Shown here: in pieces, positions 54,892-59,327 of the stretch
Numbering within the stretch: the stretch's first letter is position 1
Layout: each line of letters begins with the position of its first letter
Translations under genes and position numbers: made by a program
The notes under the pieces: model-generated
Told to the model about the DNA's origin: nothing
What the model saw: the letters and a program-made list of their open reading frames with translations, nothing else
Database searches by the model: none
Origin: Pirellulales bacterium
GTDB lineage: Bacteria > Planctomycetota > Planctomycetia > Pirellulales > UBA1268
Length of the DNA: 59,327 nt
Assembly: GCA_044342075.1 (NCBI GenBank)
Contig: JBIIQM010000006.1
Span: 1-59,327 of the forward strand
Reading direction: 5' to 3'

Positions 54892-56033
54892 GCGACACCC
54901 ACCTGCCGCAGCTGCTGCCGCCGGAAGCGTATTACGACCGCGCCTGGTATGACCGCGAGCTTGATCGCGTCTTGCGGCCGGCTTGGTGGGCGGTGGCGCT
55001 CCTCGAGGAACTCCCGCGCGACGGCGACTTCATCACGTTCGATCACGTGGACGGGCCGGTGCTCCTGCGGCGTTCCGGCGGTCGCATTCACGGCTATCGC
55101 AATGTCTGCGCCCACCGGCTCGCGAAGCTGACTGGCAAGGCCCGCGGCCACTGCGACGTGCTCCGCTGCGAATACCACGGCTGGGAATACGGCGAATCGG
55201 GCGCCACGCAAAAAATCCCCGACGCACCGAGCTTTCGACCTCTTGAGAAGGGTCAGCTCGGTCTCGGAACGCTGCGCGTCGAGACCGTCGGAGCGATCGT
55301 GTTTCTCACGTTCGATCCTGCGGCGCCGCCGGTGCGCGAGTGGCTCGGCGATGATGCCGCGCGGATCGAGGATCGCTTCGATGCGGCCACCCGCATGGTC
55401 TGGCGGGCCGATTACGATCTGCCGTTCAACTGGAAGTTGCTCGTCGAAAACAATCTCGAGAGCTATCACGTCGGCACGGTGCATGCCGCGACGCTCGGCG
55501 CGTATCCAGCGGAGCAGGCATGCTCGCATGAACTCTCGATCGGGCGCTCGCGATTCGAAGCGCCAGGCGACCCGACCTGGTGGGGCGGCGCGAAGCGATT
55601 CCTCGCGCGGCGCATCGGCCGCCCGGCCGATGGCGGATATAACCACAGCCATATCCATCCGTCGTTCATGTGGGTCGAGACCGATCTCGGCGTGGGCTGC
55701 CAATCGGTCGTGCCGACCGGCCCCACGAGCTGCCGGGTCTCGTTTCGCAGCCTTGTCTGGCAATCCCGTCGGCCGCGGCCTCTGGCGGATGCCTGCGCGC
55801 GGGCGATGGGCCGCTGTTCCATCAAGGTCTGGCAGCGGATCATCGCCGAAGACGTGGCGATCCTGCCGCAGGTTCAGGCGGGCATCGAGTCGCCGCGGCA
55901 CCCCGGCCCCGGCCTGATCTCCCGCCGCGAGGAGCGAATCACGCACTTCCAAGGCTGGCTGCTCGAGCGGATGGGGCTCGGCGCCGCAGTGGTCGAACCA
56001 TCCATCAAGTCTCAGACGGAGGACGCGGCATGA
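54882..56033 (+). CDS. Rieske [2Fe-2S] non-heme iron oxygenase alpha subunit
   Basis: NVCAHR and CEYHGW Rieske ligands; NWKLLVENNLESYHVGTVH; ED iron-ligand region. Confidence 0.9.
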   Translation: MFVSDTHLPQLLPPEAYYDRAWYDRELDRVLRPAWWAVALLEELPRDGDFITFDHVDGPVLLRRSGGRIHGYRNVCAHRLAKLTGKARGHCDVLRCEYHGWEYGESGATQKIPDAPSFRPLEKGQLGLGTLRVETVGAIVFLTFDPAAPPVREWLGDDAARIEDRFDAATRMVWRADYDLPFNWKLLVENNLESYHVGTVHAATLGAYPAEQACSHELSIGRSRFEAPGDPTWWGGAKRFLARRIGRPADGGYNHSHIHPSFMWVETDLGVGCQSVVPTGPTSCRVSFRSLVWQSRRPRPLADACARAMGRCSIKVWQRIIAEDVAILPQVQAGIESPRHPGPGLISRREERITHFQGWLLERMGLGAAVVEPSIKSQTEDAA

Positions 56034-56875
56034 TCATGCAACCCGCGGCCGGCACGGCCACGCCGCTCTTGGAGATGGAACTGCCCGACGGCAGGCGCGT
56101 CGCCACGCACTGCCTCGAGAATACGGAGATCGCCTACGGCGAAATCTTCACCGACCGGATCTACGAGATGTTTGGAATCGTGATCGCCGATGGCGACACG
56201 ATCTTCGATGTGGGCGCCAACATCGGCCTCTGCCTGATGTGGTGCAACGATCGGCTCGCGAAGGGCGTCGTGCATGCCTTCGAGCCGATCCCCGCGACGT
56301 TCGCCGCGCTCGAGCTCAACGCCGCCCGCCACAATCATCTCGATGTCCACCTGCATGCCGCCGGCGCGTCGGACAAGGACGGTGAGGCCGAGTTCACGTT
56401 CTACCCGCTCACGTCGACCAGTTCGTCGATGTATCCCGACGATTCACCCGAGGCGCGTGCCGATTCCAACCGGTTCATCCGCGCCGACCTGCGCCGCCGA
56501 ATCGGCCCGCTCTTCAGCCTCGTGCCCGGCCGGCTGGCGGAGGCGTGGGCGGAATCGATCCGCCGCCGCTATCAACAGGCAGAGCGGGTGACGTGCCGAC
56601 TCGTCCGGCTTTCCGACGTCATCGACCAAGAGCAGGTGACGCGGATCGACCTCTTGAAGATCGACGTCGAGGGGGCGGAATTCGACTGCATGGCAGGCAT
56701 CGAGTCGCGCCACTGGCCGCTCGTTCGGCAAGCCATCATCGAGGTTCACGAGGGGGAAGAAGCCTGCGAGCGGATGGATCGGCTGCTCATCGAGCAGGGC
56801 TTTCAGACGCATCGTTTCCAGCAGGCCCCCGACGTGTTCTCGCGGCACTGGCTGATTTATGCGCGGCGGCCCTGA
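56030..56875 (+). CDS. FkbM-family methyltransferase
   Basis: DVGANIG, FEPIP, IDLLKIDVEGAE, IIEVH; ATGA overlap. Confidence 0.9.
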   Translation: MIMQPAAGTATPLLEMELPDGRRVATHCLENTEIAYGEIFTDRIYEMFGIVIADGDTIFDVGANIGLCLMWCNDRLAKGVVHAFEPIPATFAALELNAARHNHLDVHLHAAGASDKDGEAEFTFYPLTSTSSSMYPDDSPEARADSNRFIRADLRRRIGPLFSLVPGRLAEAWAESIRRRYQQAERVTCRLVRLSDVIDQEQVTRIDLLKIDVEGAEFDCMAGIESRHWPLVRQAIIEVHEGEEACERMDRLLIEQGFQTHRFQQAPDVFSRHWLIYARRP

Positions 56876-56937
56876 GGCCGCATTCACGACCACCGTCCAC
56901 CATCCACGACCGTCCATTTGGCAAGGAGCGTTTTGAC

Positions 56938-57702
56938 ATGATCGATCTCACCGGAAAAGTGGCTCTCGTCACCGGCTCGAGCCGCGGCATTGGAAGGGCC
57001 TGTGCCCTCAGGCTCGCCGAAGCCGGGGCCGACATCGTCGTCAATTACGTCACGAGCGCCCGCGAGGCGGAAGAGGTGGCCGAGGCGGTCGCCGCCATGG
57101 GCCGCAACGTGGCCTGCATCCGCGCCGACGTCGGCGAGGAGGAAGATGTCGACGAGATGATCGGCTTCGTGAAGGCCGAATTCGGCGGCCTCGACATCCT
57201 CGTGCACAACGCCGCCACGGGCGGGTTCCGGCCACTGGCCGCCACCACGCAGCGCCACTTCGACGCCGCGATGCACACGAATGTCTTGTCGCTCGTCTAT
57301 CTGCTCAAGGCGGCGTCGCCGCTGCTCGAGTCGTCGGAAGGCCGTGGCAAGGCGATCGTACTCTCGAGCCACGGCACCCACATGGCGTTGCCGATGTATG
57401 GCCTCATCGGCGGCTCGAAGGCGGCGCTCACGGCGCTCGCCCGCCACTGGGCCCTCGAACTCGGCGACCGCGGCGTGAATGTCAACGTGGTCGAGGCCGG
57501 GCTCGTGGAGACCGATTCCACCCGTCGCCTGCCGGGCGCCGCGGAGATGTTCGCGGGCCGCAAATACAAGACGATGATGGGCGAGCGGATGCTGGAAGCG
57601 GCCGACGTGGCCGACGCCGTCCTCTTCCTCGCCTCACCGCTTTCCGACCTCGTGCAGGGGCAGACGCTCGTCGTCGATGGGGGAGCCGCGATCCATGTTT
57701 AG
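56938..57702 (+). CDS. SDR oxidoreductase, FabL-like enoyl-ACP reductase
   Basis: TGSSRGIG, HNAATG..RP, Y-x6-K (MYGLIGGSK), QGQTLVVDGG. Confidence 0.8.
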   Translation: MIDLTGKVALVTGSSRGIGRACALRLAEAGADIVVNYVTSAREAEEVAEAVAAMGRNVACIRADVGEEEDVDEMIGFVKAEFGGLDILVHNAATGGFRPLAATTQRHFDAAMHTNVLSLVYLLKAASPLLESSEGRGKAIVLSSHGTHMALPMYGLIGGSKAALTALARHWALELGDRGVNVNVVEAGLVETDSTRRLPGAAEMFAGRKYKTMMGERMLEAADVADAVLFLASPLSDLVQGQTLVVDGGAAIHV

Positions 57703-57718
57703 AAAGAACGAGCCGCGG

Positions 57719-58882
57719 ATGAGCGATCCCTCCTCCTGCATCCTGCTCACCGGTGCAACCGGGCTTCTGGGCCGCTTTCTGCTCCGCGATCTTTCGGCGC
57801 AGGGCCGGCAGGTCGCCGTGGTGGTGCGCGGCAGCAAGACGGCCGGCGCCGAGGCGCGTGTGGACGACCTGCTGCGCGACTGGCGCGAGGTGGCCGGCGC
57901 CGAGGTGCCGCGGCCTGTAGTCCTTCAGGGCGACATCACTTCGCCGGGGCTTGGTCTTTCCCCGTCAGCCCTCGAGTGGGTCGCGGCGAATGTCGACGAG
58001 GTGGTGCATTCCGCGGCCAGCCTTTCGTTCGACCGACGCGAGGCTGACGGCGAGCCCTATGCGAGCAACGTGGGCGGCACGGCCAACATGCTCGAGCTCT
58101 GTCGCACCGCCGGCATCCGGCGGCTGCACCATGTCTCCACGGCCTACGTCTGCGGCCTGCGTCGCGGCCGGGTGCTCGAGACGGAGCTCGACGTGGGCCA
58201 GACGCCGGGCAACGACTACGAGCGGAGCAAGATCGAGTCGGAGCAGGCGGTGCGGGCCGCCGACTTTCTCGACGTGCTCACGGTCTATCGGCCGAGCATC
58301 ATCGTCGGTGATCTCGTCAACGGCTTCACGAACACGTTCCACGGGTTCTACAAGCCGCTGCGGATCGTGCAGCCGTTCGTCGAGGCGTTTCTGCAGGCGT
58401 CGCTCGAGTCGGGCTCCTTGCTCGACGTGCTCGGCATGTCGGGCAGCGAGTGCAAGAACCTCGTGCCGGTCGACTGGGTGTCGGCGGTGATGGCGCGGAT
58501 CATCCTCGATCCATCGCGGCACGGCACGACCTATCACCTCACCTCCACCCGGCCCACGAGCGTGGGCCTGCTCTGCCGCGTCTTCGAGCAGATGGTGGTC
58601 GAGATGGCGGAGCGTCCGAAAGCGACCGGCGGCGGCAAGCCTGCCTCCTCTTTCGATCCCGCGCTCCTCGCGCGGCTCTTCGGCGACCAGATGCAGGTCT
58701 ACCGGGCCTACTGGCGCGACGACCCGGAGTTTGATTCGTCGGCCACGCATCGCGCGGTGCCCGACCTGGCCTCGCCGGCGATCGACGAACCGACGATCCG
58801 CCGGCTCTGCCGGTTCGCCATCGAAACCGGCTTCCGCTGGCCTCCCGCGGCCCGAGTAGGACAGGCTTCAGCCCATAAGTAG
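57719..58882 (+). CDS. Extended SDR, thioester-reductase / fatty acyl reductase (NAD_binding_4) family
   Basis: LLTGATGLLG, GDI..PGLGL, HSAA, HVSTAYV, YERSK, RPSII, NLVPVD. Confidence 0.85.
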   Translation: MSDPSSCILLTGATGLLGRFLLRDLSAQGRQVAVVVRGSKTAGAEARVDDLLRDWREVAGAEVPRPVVLQGDITSPGLGLSPSALEWVAANVDEVVHSAASLSFDRREADGEPYASNVGGTANMLELCRTAGIRRLHHVSTAYVCGLRRGRVLETELDVGQTPGNDYERSKIESEQAVRAADFLDVLTVYRPSIIVGDLVNGFTNTFHGFYKPLRIVQPFVEAFLQASLESGSLLDVLGMSGSECKNLVPVDWVSAVMARIILDPSRHGTTYHLTSTRPTSVGLLCRVFEQMVVEMAERPKATGGGKPASSFDPALLARLFGDQMQVYRAYWRDDPEFDSSATHRAVPDLASPAIDEPTIRRLCRFAIETGFRWPPAARVGQASAHK

Positions 58883-58952
58883 GACAGGCCTCAGCCCATA
58901 AGTAGGACAGGCTTCAGCCTGTCGCAGGAAGACAGCCTGAAGGCCGTCCCAC
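58856..58952. repeat. REP cluster with a 23-bp tandem amplification
   Basis: GTAGGACAGGCYTCAGCCCATAA at 58856 and 58879, a full unit at 58902, then an inverted variant. Confidence 0.9.
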
Positions 58953-59025
58953 TTCCCCCATCTTGCCTTGCCGGAAAATCCTGCACGACCGGCACGATCC
59001 CACCCGATTTTGATGGTGGATCGCC

Positions 59026-59327
59026 ATGCGCGCCCACATTCCATACCTCGTGCATCTCGCCGCCCGCTGCCTGCTCGGCTGGGCCCTGATCTCGCTCTGC
59101 GCGCCGGCCCGCGCCGAGCCGGAAGAGGTCGCGCCCGTGCAGTATCTGGAGGAGCAGCTCACGCACGAGGATCCTGCGCAGGAGGCGCAGCTGCAGGCGC
59201 TGGTCGATGCGGCGGTCGCGGCGCGGCTCGCCGGCATTCCACGGCCGCGCTACATCCCGATGACCGATCTCGCGCCGCCCAAGGGCCTGATCCTGCTGAA
59301 AAACGATCCGCGCCGCGGCGAGTTTCC
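59026..59327 (+). CDS. Secreted protein, truncated by the window edge
   Basis: ATG 59026, signal peptide ending APARA, open frame to the window end. Confidence 0.55.
   Translation, partial: MRAHIPYLVHLAARCLLGWALISLCAPARAEPEEVAPVQYLEEQLTHEDPAQEAQLQALVDAAVAARLAGIPRPRYIPMTDLAPPKGLILLKNDPRRGEF

Noticed and set aside
58856-58923. Possible CRISPR array
   Set aside because: Direct 23-bp tandem units without unique spacers, REP-derived, and no cas genes

Overview
High-GC chromosomal window from a planctomycete. The assignment rests on a DUF1559 prepilin-like gene, an 'LEQRLALA' extracellular N-terminal motif, a BBP7-like beta-barrel and several lineage-typical hypothetical proteins. Most of the window is housekeeping: orphan DNA methyltransferase, scpB, cca, MnmE-like GTPase, bcp, rpsA, uppP, NtrC-type regulator, dedA, apbE, a ClpP-like gene, tRNA-Gly(CCC) and LysR-gltB-gltD. 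Four things stand out. (1) A ~14 kb lipid/polyketide cluster (44.7-58.9 kb) centres on an unusual iterative type I synthase (KS-KS'-AT-ACPx3-[C45/Ntn-like insert]-KR-DH). It comes with a PPTase, a Rieske oxygenase, an FkbM methyltransferase, a FabL-like reductase, a thioester-reductase-like SDR and a divergent HHxxxDG acyltransferase. (2) A free-standing phage-type endonuclease built from two tandem HNH-AP2 units abuts tRNA-Gly, and its reading frame ends inside the tRNA antisense strand. (3) A long structured leader with a 20-bp terminator sits just upstream of a 1.65-kaa DUF11/FG-GAP surface protein, next to a GT41 glycosyltransferase. (4) A dense GTAG-type REP family supplies the TAG stop codon of 11 genes and has also entered coding sequences in frame. 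All calls come from motif reading only; no database searches were run.
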